64,000 bases of DNA from Marsupella aquatica (lineage: Eukaryota; Plantae; Marchantiophyta). This document shows, one piece after another, positions 25,777-39,021 of this stretch. Numbering within the stretch: the stretch's first letter is position 1; the number at the start of each line of letters is the position of its first letter. The DNA is taken from the NCBI GenBank assembly GCA_973895155.1, contig OZ316891.1:31813112-31877111 (forward strand), in the 5' to 3' direction. A program made the translations under genes and the position numbers. Under the pieces are notes generated by a model. The model did no database searches, was not told the origin of the DNA, and saw only the letters and a program-made list of their open reading frames with translations.

Positions 25777-27793
25777 AAATTAGTTGTCGTAGTGGCTTCA
25801 GATTGCAGAATTGCTATAGTTGCTTCTCGTGGAGTTGGTATCGAGCTGTGCGTAGCTACATGCTGACGAATCCAGGGATCCCTGTTAGGTTCGCGTTACC
25901 ACTTTTACACGGCCTCTCGTCATGTCCTTTGGGCAGAGAATTCCTAGTAGGGCCCTAGCTATACTGGATGTTCTTCTGCGTTTCGAGCTTAGATTGCTGG
26001 GCAACTGTACTTCTCACCTCTGAGCGCCCAAGGAAGCGGGACAGAATCTCTTTTTCAGCCCGCGATACTGTCCATCCTGATTCAAGTCCTGCTCATTTCT
26101 TGCATGACGTCTCCTGCTGCCCGTCTCCTGATTTCCCGTCACAATCTAGATCAATTTTGTTCCCACTTGCTTCAATTTGTTGTTCTGAACGAATTGTCGA
26201 GCCTGCCCAATTTGCTACTCACACGGTCTGCATAACAGTTGTTCACAAGTTCTTCTTTGAAGAAACGTCGTCAATTCTTTGTTTGGTATGCAGGACACTT
26301 CAGTTGGAAAGGGTTCTTTCTTGGAGGGCGATAAACAAGAGCACTCGCGCCATAGTTTTTCAGAGGGCAATGTGCAGGTATGACGGTGGGTTGCTTTGGG
26401 GTTTGGATGGAAGATCTCCTCATACTTTCACTTCTCAAAACTTGTAGTTTTGATTCTCAAGTTTTGATGGCAAAGCTGGGATGATTCGTAAAAGAGTCCA
26501 GCAGGAGGAATTGATCCTGGAGAAGATACCGCTACTGCTATGCTTCTAGGGCTTCCTCCAACTGTTACGCTGAGCTGAGATTGCTCGCCCGGGCAAGGTT
26601 TCCCCAACAGAGCCTTCGCGTAATGAATATTCTTTCCTTAGTCCATGGGAAGGAAAGATGAAACTTGAAATTTGAGGGCTCTGCAAGATTGCACTACTTA
26701 GGCTGATTTGAACCTTTGTCAAACAGGTAAGATCGTATTTCTCAAAAGTGTACAATTGAGCTCCGTATTCCCGGCACGGGAACAGAGCTGACTCGATGGA
26801 ACTTTTGGATATGGACCGCTTTAGGCAACAGTCCTCAGCCAGGTATGATTAATTTTGTATGCATGTCATTTTGTTGGATTTGATGTGACCAAACGACCTT
26901 GAATACATTCTCAACAAAGACGTTTGATTTGCAGAGTTTATCCTTCATCTTCCGGTTTGATTGGTATTGGCATCCGCCATTGTTCTTCTACACGGCCTTC
27001 AGGTAATGAGACTGTTAATTCATGTCGTAAAATTCACGGATTGTATAAGAGCCAAGTTCAAGAATGATGGATAGCCTTTATTCCTGAATTGTAGGAGAGG
27101 GAGGGAAGCGCTTTCACGTTCATGTCATGTGTCTAATCACGATGGATTCTACAGATGATGGCTAGGCTTTATTTCTAAGTAGTCTCTTTTCAGAAACCTG
27201 AGATTCTGGTTTGTGTATAGCGCAGAAAGGACAGTGTAAGCAACTTACAAATGAACGCCTGTCAAGATGCCCTAAGAGTCTGTCCTGTACACAACCCAAG
27301 GATAACATGTGACTTCTGGCTGAAGTATTTTAGTACCAATTCGATAGGCTCTTGACTCTGTCCTTTCTGTGGGTACAGTGAAATACGGGAGAAGGAACGA
27401 GCTTGTTGATACCTGGATATGCCTTTCGCAATTATTCAATATTCTATTCTAAGATCATTGCATTCTTGACAGATAGCCGTTACTCTCAGTTGGAAAGGAG
27501 TCATTTAACCTTTGCAAGTTATCTGTACCAAAGATCACAGCAGAGCAAGGGAGACAAGAAAATACATCTTTGGACGGAGGTAGGAATGCACCCTAGAACT
27601 CGAGAGGCTTACCGGTCTGCTATCCATTTCTGAACACTCATTGTAGAATGATCACTGGAAACATAGTCGTCAAGAAATAACTACAACTTCGTTGCACCTC
27701 GTGGAATCTCCTGGATTTTATCCTGGTAGCAGATCTGATCGTGGGTTGTGGTGCTGACAGAGGAAGCCCAGAGCACCTGAGTTCAATCAGAAG

Positions 27794-30700
27794 TTGACAA
27801 GACTAGCACTTTGGGTGGATGGTTGGTCAACCCCAGCGTGGGTTAAGGCAAGGGCGAATTTGGTTACTCACTGCAGATTTCCATCTAATGTTAGTTATTA
27901 CACGAGAGATCGGTCTCAGGCCACTGCAAAAGGGATTGGCAGTAGGCATATGCATCCTGGTACCACGGGTCAAACAATTGCTATGTTGAAAGCTCGTCTA
28001 CAGCGAGGCACTGCTATAGACTCGTACACATATGTTAAAGTTCTGCAAATCTGCTTGCAACAGAAAGACCTTTCAGGAGCCAAGCAAATTCATGATTGCA
28101 TCATCGAGAGTGGAATTCACGAAAATCCATATGTGGCAATCACGCTTTTGAATGTGTATATCAAATGCGGAGGTTTATCGGATGCACGTAGAGTTTTTGA
28201 TCAAATTCAGAAGAAGAGTGTTATTACTTGGACCAGCCTGATTGCGGGATACGCTAGGAGTGATCATGCTGAATCTGCACTCGAAATTTTCAATCTAATG
28301 CGCCAAGAAGGCGTGAAGCCGAATGAGATCACGTATCTGAGCATCCTGAATGCATGTTCAAGCCCACTAGCTCTCAATTGGGGAAAAGAAATTCATCAGG
28401 GTATTCGACATGCCGGCTTTGAATCGGACGTGCGTGTAGGGTCTGCTCTCGTACTGATGTACGCTAAATGTGGGTGCATCACCGAGGCAAGGAAAGTTTT
28501 TGAAAAGTTGACTAATCGAAATGTCATTACATGGAATGTTATGATTGGAGCTTGTGCAGTACGTGGTGATGGTGTGGAAGCATATCGACTATTCCTCCAA
28601 ATGAGACGGGATGGCTTCGAACCAAATGCAATCACCTATACGAGCATCCTGAATGCATCCGCATGTGATGGGGGTTTGGCATGGGTGAAGGACGTTCATG
28701 GCCACGCTAGGAAAGCGGGACTGGAGTCAGATTTGCGTGTGGGCTCTGCGCTGGTTCACATGTATGTAGAGAGTGGCAGGATAGGTGACGCCCGACTGGT
28801 TTTTGACAGAATGGAGAAACGCGACGTAATCACATGGAATGTAATGATAGGAGGACTTGCACAACATGGATGTGGGCACGAAGCATATCGACTGTTTCTC
28901 CAAATGAGACGGGAAGGCTTTGAACCAGATGCATTCACTTATGCGAGTATTCTGAATGCATCTGCAAGTGCGGGGGCTTTGGAGTGGGTGAAGGAGGTTC
29001 ATGGCCATGCTAGAAATGCCGGACTGGAGTCAGATTTGCGTGTGGGCTCTGCGCTGGTTCACATGTATGCAAAGAGTGGCAGGATAGTTGACGCCCGACT
29101 GGTTTTTGACAGAATGGAGAAACGCGACGTAATCACATGGAATGTAATGATAGGAGGACTTGCTCAACATGGATGTGGGCACGAAGCATATCGACTATTC
29201 CTCCGAATGAGACAGGAAGGCTTCAAACCAAATGCAATCACTTATCTGAGCATCCTGAATGCATCTGCAAGTGCGGGGGCTTTGGAATGGGTGAAGGAGG
29301 TTCATGGCCACGCTAGCAAAGCCGGACTGGAGTCGGATTTGCGTGTGGGCAATGCACTCGTTCACATGTATGCGAAGATTGGCAGTATAGATGATGCCCG
29401 ACTGGTCTTTGACAGAATGAAGAAACGCGATGTAATCACATGGACTGTAATGATAGGAGGGCTTGCACAACATGGATGTGGGCATGAAGCATATCGAATG
29501 TTTCTTGAAATGAGACGCCAAGGCTTCGAACCAAATGAAATCACTTATGTGACCATCCTGAATGCATCTGCAAGTGCGGGGGCTTTGGAGTGGGTGAAGG
29601 AGGTTCATGGCCACGCTAGCAAAGCCGGACTGGAGTCGGATTTGCGTGTGGGCAATGCACTCGTTCACATGTATGCGAAGATTGGCAGTATAGATGATGC
29701 CCGACTGGTCTTTGACAGAATGGAGAAACGCGATGTAATCACATGGACTGTAATGATAGGAGGGCTTGCACAACATGGATGTGGGCATGAAGCATATCGA
29801 ATGTTTCTTGAAATGAGACGCCAAGGCTTCGAACCAAATGAAATCACTTATGTGACCATCCTGAATGCATCTGCAAGTGCGGGGGCTTTGGAGTGGGTGA
29901 AGGAGGTTCATGGCCACGCTAGCAAAGCCGGACTGGAGTCGGATTTGCGTGTGGGCAATGCACTCGTTCACATGTATGCGAAGATTGGCAGTATAGATGA
30001 TGCCCGACTGGTCTTTGACAGAATGAAGAAACGCGATGTAATCACATGGACTGTAATGATAGGAGGGCTTGCACAACATGGATGTGGGCATGAAGCATAT
30101 CGAATGTTTCTTGAAATGAAACGCCAAGGCTTCGAACCAAATGAAATTACTTATGTGACCATCCTGAATGCATCTGCAAGTGCGGGGGCTTTGGAGCGGG
30201 TGAAGGAGGTTCATGGCCACGCTAGCAAAGCCGGACTGGAGTCGGATTTGCGTGTGGGTAGTGCACTCGTTCACATGTATGCAGAGAGTGGCAGTATAGC
30301 TGACGCCCGACTTGTTTTTAACAGAATGGAGAAACGCGATGTAGTCACTTGGAACATAATGATCGGAGGACTTGCACAACATGGATATGGGCAGGAAGCC
30401 CTGGAACTTTTCAGACAAATGAATGCTGACCATGTGAAGCCCACCGAGACGTCATTCACAGCTGTGTTGTCAGCCTGTTCTCATGGAGGCCTTGTTGATG
30501 ATGGCCGTAGAATCTTTTCTGCTATGACGCAAGATTATGGTATCGAGCGGAGTGTTTTTCACTATACCCTCATGGTGGATATTCTTGGGCGGGCGGGACA
30601 CTTGGAAGAAGCAAACCAGGTGATCAGTGAGATGCCGATCGAACCAGATGATGTAACTTGGACAGCCTTGCTTGGGGCTTGTAGAACTTACGGTAACGTG

Positions 30701-31264
30701 GAGCTGGGTGAACTGGCCGCTAACGAGCTTTTCAAGTTGGAACCCGGTAGGGCCTCTACATATGTGCTGCTCTCCAATATCTATGCTGCAGCTGGGAAGT
30801 GGGAGAAGGTGTCATGTGTGCGCACTATGATGCGAGAGAGAGGTGTTCGGAAGGAGCCAGGACGTAGCTGGATCGAAGTTCATAACAAGATCCATGAATT
30901 TGTGGTGGGGGATACATCTCACCCAGAAGCGGAGGCGATCTATACTGAGCTGAATAAATTGAATGAAAAACTGAAGGCGGAAGGCTACATTCCGGATACC
31001 CAGCTTGTATTGCATGATATCAATGACGAGGATAAGGAGCTAGCCCTTTGCTCTCATAGTGAGAAGTTGGCTATTGCTTACGGACTTATGCACCTACCTT
31101 GGGGAGAACCTATTCGTGTAAGTAAGAACCTTCGTGTGTGTTCAGATTGCCACTCAGCAACCAAGTATATCTCTAAGGTGACCGGACGCGAGATTATTGC
31201 AAGGGATGCAAATCGGTTCCACCATTTTAAAGATGGAATGTGTTCTTGTGGTGATTACTGGTGA
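27794..31264 (+). CDS. PLS-class pentatricopeptide repeat protein with E1/E2/DYW domain (organellar C-to-U RNA editing factor)
   Basis: 26 PPR motifs (L,S + 7xPLS + P2L2S2), PG box KEPGRSWIEV, HSEKLA and CSDCH zinc ligands, C-terminus CSCGDYW. First in-frame ATG is at 27950; the true 5' end is probably spliced from upstream (acceptor CTGCAG at 27877). Confidence 0.95.
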   Translation: MTRLALWVDGWSTPAWVKARANLVTHCRFPSNVSYYTRDRSQATAKGIGSRHMHPGTTGQTIAMLKARLQRGTAIDSYTYVKVLQICLQQKDLSGAKQIHDCIIESGIHENPYVAITLLNVYIKCGGLSDARRVFDQIQKKSVITWTSLIAGYARSDHAESALEIFNLMRQEGVKPNEITYLSILNACSSPLALNWGKEIHQGIRHAGFESDVRVGSALVLMYAKCGCITEARKVFEKLTNRNVITWNVMIGACAVRGDGVEAYRLFLQMRRDGFEPNAITYTSILNASACDGGLAWVKDVHGHARKAGLESDLRVGSALVHMYVESGRIGDARLVFDRMEKRDVITWNVMIGGLAQHGCGHEAYRLFLQMRREGFEPDAFTYASILNASASAGALEWVKEVHGHARNAGLESDLRVGSALVHMYAKSGRIVDARLVFDRMEKRDVITWNVMIGGLAQHGCGHEAYRLFLRMRQEGFKPNAITYLSILNASASAGALEWVKEVHGHASKAGLESDLRVGNALVHMYAKIGSIDDARLVFDRMKKRDVITWTVMIGGLAQHGCGHEAYRMFLEMRRQGFEPNEITYVTILNASASAGALEWVKEVHGHASKAGLESDLRVGNALVHMYAKIGSIDDARLVFDRMEKRDVITWTVMIGGLAQHGCGHEAYRMFLEMRRQGFEPNEITYVTILNASASAGALEWVKEVHGHASKAGLESDLRVGNALVHMYAKIGSIDDARLVFDRMKKRDVITWTVMIGGLAQHGCGHEAYRMFLEMKRQGFEPNEITYVTILNASASAGALERVKEVHGHASKAGLESDLRVGSALVHMYAESGSIADARLVFNRMEKRDVVTWNIMIGGLAQHGYGQEALELFRQMNADHVKPTETSFTAVLSACSHGGLVDDGRRIFSAMTQDYGIERSVFHYTLMVDILGRAGHLEEANQVISEMPIEPDDVTWTALLGACRTYGNVELGELAANELFKLEPGRASTYVLLSNIYAAAGKWEKVSCVRTMMRERGVRKEPGRSWIEVHNKIHEFVVGDTSHPEAEAIYTELNKLNEKLKAEGYIPDTQLVLHDINDEDKELALCSHSEKLAIAYGLMHLPWGEPIRVSKNLRVCSDCHSATKYISKVTGREIIARDANRFHHFKDGMCSCGDYW
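28342..30400 (+). repeat. 303-bp coding tandem repeat (one PLS triplet per unit)
   Basis: CATCCTGAATGCAT anchors recur at 303-bp spacing: 28342, 28645, 28948 (variant), 29251, 29554, 29857, 30160. Units from 29251 onward are nearly identical. Confidence 0.95.
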
Positions 31265-32224
31265 ACCCAGATTGAAAGCTGTGTTGGGCTGGCTGGAAAG
31301 TGACTTCAAATCAGTAGTCACTGGCAGCGCAGATACAATCAGGTTGTGGGTGTATCAATTCTGTAACATTAATTTTGAGATTCTGCAAGTGGGGGTTGTA
31401 CCTAGCCCTCTTCTGGCTGAAAGTCCATTTCATGTAAGAGAAAGGTCACGCAAGTTTCGTTTTGAGTGTCGAAATTATAGGTGCGTGAAATCAAGCTGTT
31501 GGCTTGATATGTAGAAACCTCTTTTGACATCTTAGTTGAGTATTGTCCTTAGATCAAAAGAAGAGTTTGCATACAGTAGCTGCCTTGCTGTGAACATGGT
31601 ACTGGAAGGGAACTCACATTGGTGACAGGAGGCGAAAATCAAGGGCATAAAGATCAAATGCGCGAATGGCGACCTCCACGAGCAGAAAGGTTCAAGCAAT
31701 GAGTCTTCGAGTTCATCGACTTGCAGGAAGCCTTTGGCCGAGACTGATGGATGTATTCAGATCTTCGAATACATCCATGTCGAAGATTAGATAATTCAAT
31801 TCTAGTAAAGTGGCCATGTTCTTCTGCTTCAAAGGTAGTTGACAGTCTGGATTCGACCAAAACGATATGAAGTTCCATATGTACTCAACTGTGTGAGCTT
31901 CCCAGATTCGCAAGATACGGTCGTGAAACGTGCTCGAAAGCTTGTTAGCTACTCTGGGCTTAGGGAAGGCGTAAGGGAATAATTCTCAAATGACGCGAGA
32001 ATGGAATGATGCACTGTACAGTACTATCGTGAAGGATTATCGGACAAGGCAGGAAAGTGGACTGTATTTGCAGTAGAAACTTTGCTACGTTGACGGCGTG
32101 ATTGAATCCGAAAGCTCATAGACCGTGCGCGTGAACGTAGAAGGGAGCATAGTTCTGCAAGGAATAGTGGAGTAGCATGCGTCTGTTGCTTCTGCTGGGC
32201 CCATGCCTACTTCAAGAAAATAGA

Positions 32225-32350
32225 TTCATGTGTAGAAGGTCTTGAGAGAGAAGTAATAACAATCAGAGCATTAGGTAAGTATTCAAATTCATGTGTAGAA
32301 GGTCTTGAGAGAGAAGTAATAACAATCAGGGCATTAGATAAGTATTCAAA
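32225..32350 (+). repeat. 63-bp tandem duplication
   Basis: ATTCATGTGTAGAAGGTCTTGAGAGAGAAGTAATAACAATCAG...AAGTATTCAA occurs twice. Confidence 0.85.
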
Positions 32351-32614
32351 TGGAGGAGAACACCTTGCTATCATAAAAACTCCTGTTGTTACCATAGTAA
32401 CTGCGCTTGATCTGTTATCTCTTCTTTTTGGCTTGAATTTGCTTTGGGTGAGATGTTGAAGACGTCTGGTGGAAAGACACCATTCTTCCTTTGAATTAAT
32501 GCAAAAACAGTCAGGCAGCAATCAACCACTAAATTTAATGTTCTTGACACTGGAATGCCAATCTGGCAGTTGTTTTCCTCAATCCTCAATTCAACGAGAA
32601 AACAGGAAATTTTG

Positions 32615-33555
32615 CTAGTGACACTGGAAATGGCTAGCGAGGCGGACCAGATTGCCGATCTCTGCCCTTGGCAAGTTGCAATGCAGGGTCACTTGCAAGA
32701 AATCGATCATTTCTCCTATGTGTGGGTTTGTGCAGGTGTTTCGGAAGAAACCATTCTTTGTTGATGGCCCTGGAAACGACCGGAACTCCTTGTCTGGCAA
32801 GGTTTTCTTGGTATCTACTTTGGTCTTATTGCCCACCGCAAACCAAATACTTCGGCAATCACTCGGGGAGTGAGGAAGAAATCCTTCCCATACACCCTTG
32901 TCGAATTGGTCTCGGGATCCCATGATCCCATGAATTCTAGTAAGTCTGAAGCCGGCACCTCCGGCTTCAGTCATGGTAACCTTACGAAGGCTTCCAAGCC
33001 GGATCCGGCCATGAAGCCCTGGTATTTTCGAGTCTGCATAGCCGTAAAGCATGCATCCTCTTCTCGTGCAAAGTGTAATTGCATTTCCTTGGGGAGGGTC
33101 GCCGCCCAGCCTTTCCAGGTGTCATCTCTTGTTGGAACGGCATTGATGGGGTCGACCTCCTCCTCTTCGGCTTCCGCCTGCCTCCTGCTTCCCTGCTCTG
33201 CTGGTTTCCTGGGTGCCGCCGACCTCGTTCTTTTCGCAGGGGTGGTTTCTTCGTTGTTGTTCCCTTTCCTCTTCATAGCGGCTGCCGTGGATGTTTCTCC
33301 TAGCACGGTTGCCTTTGTCCACCCCTCCGTGCTACCTTTTAACTCCCATTGTACATCGTTGCAGCGTTTGATGGCTTCCCGGATGCCGACTATTCTGTTC
33401 TCACAAAACAAAAGATCGTCGAGTTTGTCAGCAGTAGGCGTCCACAAGAATTCAGCCGTAATGAGTTCCCCTCCTAAGAAGACAGTCTTCTGCAACTCCC
33501 ACAACCGAGCGAGCTCCTTCCGCTCTCTCCGATTCTTCGTCCTCGTAGGTCCCAA
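32615..33555 (-). pseudogene. Additional 3' ORF of the Gypsy element, frameshifted
   Basis: Overlapping ORFs 32971-33555 and 32615-33052 downstream of integrase, same sense as pol. Confidence 0.5.
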
Positions 33556-34085
33556 TGTACTCAGTTGCCCGTTCTAACAGGCATCCCCAAAAATGAGCAG
33601 CTTGATTGACGTTGATCATACCCTTCTTGAGTTGATTGTCGGTATCTGCTTCCACCCTGAGTGCTTGCATGAGCGGACAGTAGTTGGCCTCCCGTAGTCG
33701 TCCATTTGGCTCGTGCTTGCAAATGAGCCGCCATTCCTTGCGATCGGTCCTTACCCCCTCCTGGCTGGTCTTCCTTCCTTTTGGCTACCCATAGCCGCCG
33801 GTACTTAGTGCACCCTAACCCTAATCGTGTTTCCTCCCCCGACGTTCTTACTTTTGGCCTCGGCTCGGGTTCCATAGTCACCCTTAATTGTTTATATTTT
33901 TCCTGTTTTCGTTACTATACTAAGGTGTTTCCTAGGGTACACTCCTGATTTTACTATTAAACTGGCCTAATGATTCCTGGCTAGGCATCACATAGCTCCC
34001 CACTTAATTGTGAAGCATCCTCACGAACAACTTCATCTTCGTCCATATAGTATTTCTTGAGGCAGTCGTAATGAATGCGAACTGG

Positions 34086-36652
34086 TTATATTTCTCCAGT
34101 AATGTTGGCCAATTGCACGGAGCCATTGGAGAACTTCATGGTTACCCTGAAGGGTCCTAACCAGCGAGTGTAAAGTTTACCTGGAAACCTACTATACCTA
34201 CTGTCATAAAGTAATACAAGATCTCCTGTGTGAATACTAACTGGTTTCAACTTTTTATCATACTGTTGCTTCATGGTATTCTGTCTATATTCTACTCTCT
34301 CAGCTGAAATCATTCTTGCCTCTTCTAAGGCTTCTAATCTATATTTTCGCTCCTTTAGGCTTTCCTCCTCTGAGACTCTTTCCTCTATTGTAACTTGAAA
34401 TGTAGGTATCTCAAGTTGCATGGGTACCAGAGCTTCCTGCCCAAAGGTTAAGGAAAAAGGTGTATGACCGGTAGTGGATTTATAGGCTAAATTGTAAGCA
34501 AAAACAGCAGCAAACAATTTGTCATCCCAATCAAGTTTGTTCTGAGCTACAGTCTTGTTTAATATTCTTCCTATAATTCCATTGGCTCGTTTTGTCAACC
34601 CATTTGCCTTTGGGTGGTAAGGAGTAGTGGGCCTATGTCTAACCAAATACTGCTCATTTAAACGACTAATTATATCATTCAGAAAATGGGTTCCTCTATC
34701 ACTAACTATTTCTAGGGGTGCTCCATACCTGGTGAAGATCTGCTCATACATAAATCGAGCCGTAGTAATTGCATCATCCTTCGTTGTCAATCTGGCCTCC
34801 ACCCACTTAGTTGCATAATCCGTGGCCAGGATTATGTACTTGTTCCTCCGAGGATGAGTTAATGGTTTCAGGGGTCCAATGTAATCAATACCCCACTTCT
34901 CAAATGGTGCCAGGGGTAGAATAGGGTGCAGTGGATGTCTTGTAGACGCCCTTGGTCCTCCCGCTCGCTGACAAGGATTGCATTGTTTGATAAATTGATA
35001 GACATCCTTGTGTAAGGTGGCCACCAGTAACCAGCATTTAATATCTTTTTAGATCATGTGGTTACTGGGGCAAAATGTCCTCCGGCCTCCTCTCCATGCA
35101 TAGCCCGTAAAACTCGTTTTACCTCTCCCTTCTCCAAACACCTTTGAATAGTGCCGCTAATTCCATACCTGTGTAGCACACCCTTAATGTACTGATACTG
35201 TCTGACCTTTCGTAGAAAGACTGCGGCTTGTTCTCGGGTTAGCCCTGGCTGTAATCTGGACGTGCTGAGAAATTGCAAAATCTCAGGGTACCATGTATCA
35301 GCTATTTCCACCACGAATAGTTCCTTGTCGGGGAATCGATCATCGATGCAATCTGTGGCAGGTTCACCTGTGATCCTTGAAAAGAAGTCGGCATTGGCAT
35401 GTAGCTTTCCCGGCTTGATTTTTAGTTCGTAGTCAAATTCCTGTAATAAAAAAATCCATCTTGCTACCCTGCCTATAAGGTTCGGTTTATTTACTAGGTA
35501 CTTCAAACTTTCATGATTGGTATGAAAGATTACTTTGTACCCTAGCAAATAATGCCTAAACTTTTTACATGAATAAATGACTCCTAATGCTTCTCTTTCT
35601 ATGGTGGAGTTGTTCCGTTCGGCATCGGCAAGCTGGCGGCTTGCAAAGTATATGGGATGGTCCCTTCCTTTCTCATCCAACTGACGTAGTACTGAGCCGA
35701 TACAGAAGCCTGAGACATCTACGAAGACATGAAAATCCTTGTTCCAGTCTGGTGCTATCATGACTGGGGCCTCTACTAACTTTTGCTTTAATTCCACCAC
35801 AACTCTTACTCTTTCTGGTGTGGGTTCAAAGTCTATGCCTGCTTTGAGCATGTTGGTTAATGGTAAAGCTAGCTTGGCAAAATCCTTGATGAACCGGCGA
35901 TAATACCCAATGCATCCCAAGAAGGATCTTACATCCTTTATGTTCTTAGGTTGCATGATATCAAGCCATACTGCTAGCTTACCTTTGTCAATCTCAATGC
36001 CCTTCTTTGATACCTTGTGACCTAGCAGCACACCCTCTGTTACTCCAAAGAAACATTTATCTGGGTGTAACTTGAGACCTACCTCTCTGCATCTCATGAA
36101 GGTCTTCCTTAGGTATTTAGCATGTTTTGATGCCTTCGCAAATACTGCAAAGTCATCAATGAAGATTTCCATGAACTTTCTCAAGTAATCATGGAAAATG
36201 TTCACCATTAATCGTTGGAACATAGTTGGTGCGTTACAGAGTCCAAACGGCATACGATTGAAGACATAGATCCCCCATTCCGTGATGAAGGCCGTCTTGA
36301 TTTGGTCCTCCTGCCTAATCCTGATTTGGTTATAACCAGAGTACCCATCCATGAATGAGTATAGTTCATGATTGGCTACCATGTCTAGTACCATATCAGT
36401 AAAGGGTAAAGGAAAATGGTCTTTTAACGTAGCCTCATTCAACTTCCTGTAATCCTAACAAACCTGGATCTTGGGTTTGCCATCGGGTCCAGCTTTTTTG
36501 GGAACTATCACAATCGGAGACACCCAGTCTGAATGCAGGACTGGAGTGATGAATCCGGCTTCCACTAGTTTGTCGATTTTAGTTTTGACCATCAGGGAAT
36601 ACTTAGGGTTCATCCTTCGAATTGGTTGTCGAAATGATTTGGCCCCTAACAT
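34086..36652 (-). pseudogene. pol: Gypsy pol: reverse transcriptase, RNase H, integrase (disrupted)
   Basis: WVSPIVIVPKK, DGYSGYNQI, MPFGLCNAP, FIDDF, YFASRQL, GGHF...CNPCQR, WGIDYIGP, SDRGTHF, WLGPF. Stops and frameshifts lie between the ORFs. Confidence 0.95.
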
Positions 36653-37200
36653 GAGATCAATTCGATGTTCTCCTAACTTTGGGTCTACTCCCTTCAGGTC
36701 TTGGTGACTTCATGCGAACACATCCTGAAATTCCACCAGTAATTCACTGATTTCTTTCTCAAGCTCAGGTGCTAGGTCCCGTCCCAAGTTTAGTTCCCTT
36801 CCTTCTCCTAAGTCGAGCTTCCGATATTGCCGTGCTTGGATCATATTAATCTACTTCTTCAAGTTTGGGTCTAATTTGGCCTCCAGCCTCTCCAATCTCA
36901 TACCTCCATAAACTGGAATCTCGGCCGTACTAGCCGAGTCAGTTTCTCCCTTGTTATCCGTAGATTGTCCCCTTGCCGGACTATTTGGTTTTGAATTGGT
37001 GGTCGGCTTCCCTTCCGGCCTCGGCTCTGGCTTGTTTCTGTGTATCTCATCCATTCCTGTCTCCTGAGGGTCAGGTCACTGTGCTATTCCGGCTTCTAAT
37101 AGGGCCTCAATTTGTTCTGCCCTTGTAATCGGCTTGTATGCAGATTCCTTGGTATTTAATTTATTGCCGATGATAGACGGCGTTGTGGATCCTGCCGGCT

Positions 37201-38868
37201 CTACCACAACGCCTGAGGAAAATCCACTGTCTCTGCTGTAGCTCCCCACTTAGCCGTTTGATCCAACTGGTCCACTTCTTGTACTTCCTCCGGAATTGAA
37301 GCTAAAAAGGTGGACTCTATGGCAAAGCAGTCCTCGGTTTCGGCTTCACATTCCTCCAAGTCACTCTCCATAGGTTCTTGCCATAGTCCGCTGGGGGACA
37401 CTTCTGGTCCAAAGACGCTTTCTTCGGTCAGGTCAGTGAGGCATTCTAGCCAGCATACCTCATCGGCTCACTCCAGTCCACTCTCGTACCTGTCTACCTA
37501 CCTGATGCTTCTCCTACGATCATCCTTGGTGTCCCATGATACCGTGATCACGGGGTTTCCAAAAGTGAACTCCTTCTTCCCCCAATCCTCTATTACCTTG
37601 GCTGGGTATAGCCATGGCCTGCCAATCAATAGTCAAAATGACGTAGGGTTTACCGGCTTCATTACTACATAGTTAATGCTGAAGAAGATCCCTCCTATCT
37701 CTGTCTTGATGCCGGTTAACACTCCCGTGGGAATGACCTGATACCCATTGGCCATGTTGAACACTCTTCCATTCATCTCCGGCTTTAGTCCCCATCCTTT
37801 TGTTGTTGAATCGATCATAATACATACCCCTGATCCTCCATCAATGGGTACCCGTAGTAATATTTCTCCTTGAATCATTAATGGTAATGCGGGGGCTCCT
37901 TGATCCTCTTCTATCATCAGTACGTCGGATCTGGTTGCTACCTTGGGTAATCTTGGCTTGCCGAGAATGGCCTTCCTTAATTGCTTCTGGAAGTACGGGC
38001 TGTTTTTCAATAGTTGACCTACTGTTGCTGAAACTCTAGATTCTAGTACATCTTTAGCCAGGTCATAGGGGACTATTGGCTTCTCTATCGGTGTCTCTAT
38101 ATTGGCTTCAGCATGTTTTTTCACGCTAGTTTCCACAGCCCTTGGATCTTCCGAAGCAAACAACGCTTTTGCTTGTTTCACATCCTTAGCTATGGCTTCG
38201 GTATTCTCCAGGGTTTCTAATTCTCGCAGTTGTTCCTTAACACTAGCCGTAATAGAAGGGTAGAACAACTTAGGGTGGTCTCGATTGAAGTGGCTGTCCT
38301 GTGAAGGATTGGGCTCACTGGTGGGCTCATGGCTTACCTGTGTTGCCGGAGCTCTTCCTTCCCCTTTCGTGGATGTTGACAAAGAGTCGATCTTTTCTTC
38401 TTTAACCTTCCCTTTATTTTTGGCCAGCCCATCCCACCTTTCCTTCCTTCTGGTGGATTGAGTAGAGACCCGGTAGCAATCATGATCCAAATCCTCTTCT
38501 GAAAATGTTGATAGGGCCTCGGCCTCATCATCAAATGGTCCAAACTCAGCCTCAGCATCTGTTTGCCATCCAAGTTTGATGTGGTTGATTTGAACTCCTC
38601 CTGGGGTAGTACCTGGCGGCAAGACCTTGACCGGCAAGAGCTTATGATTTGCGGCCAGTCCTGCCAACTAAGTAGGACATTGTCCTAGCATGTGACCCTC
38701 CTGTCGGCATCCCATACATAGCTGAGCTGGCTGTCCATCACCTTGTTTTCGTGCATTCGGGCATTCTCTAGCAAAATGGCCAGGTTGACCACAATTATAG
38801 CATGCCGAAAATCTTTGCACATTCGGCCTAGGAGGTACTGACGGATTCTGAATAATCCGAGGATACAT
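37201..38868 (-). pseudogene. Gypsy zinc knuckles and aspartic protease (disrupted)
   Basis: CYNCGQPGHFAREC and CMGCRQEGHMLGQC; protease PIDGGSGVCIM followed by LIGRPW after a stop. Confidence 0.85.
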
Positions 38869-39021
38869 TTCCCCCGGATTGTTCCTTAATCCTGACCAGA
38901 GAGATGCAGGTCGGTTGGATAGGTCTCGTGCTCCAGTCTCACTGATGCCAAAAACACTATCAGAGGCATCCCCTAGAAAGTACTCTACTTCTCCATAACA
39001 TGGTCTGACCTCAGCTATATG

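Noticed and set aside
29195-30433. 412-aa repetitive antisense ORF
   Set aside because: Shadow of the 303-bp PPR repeat on the opposite strand.
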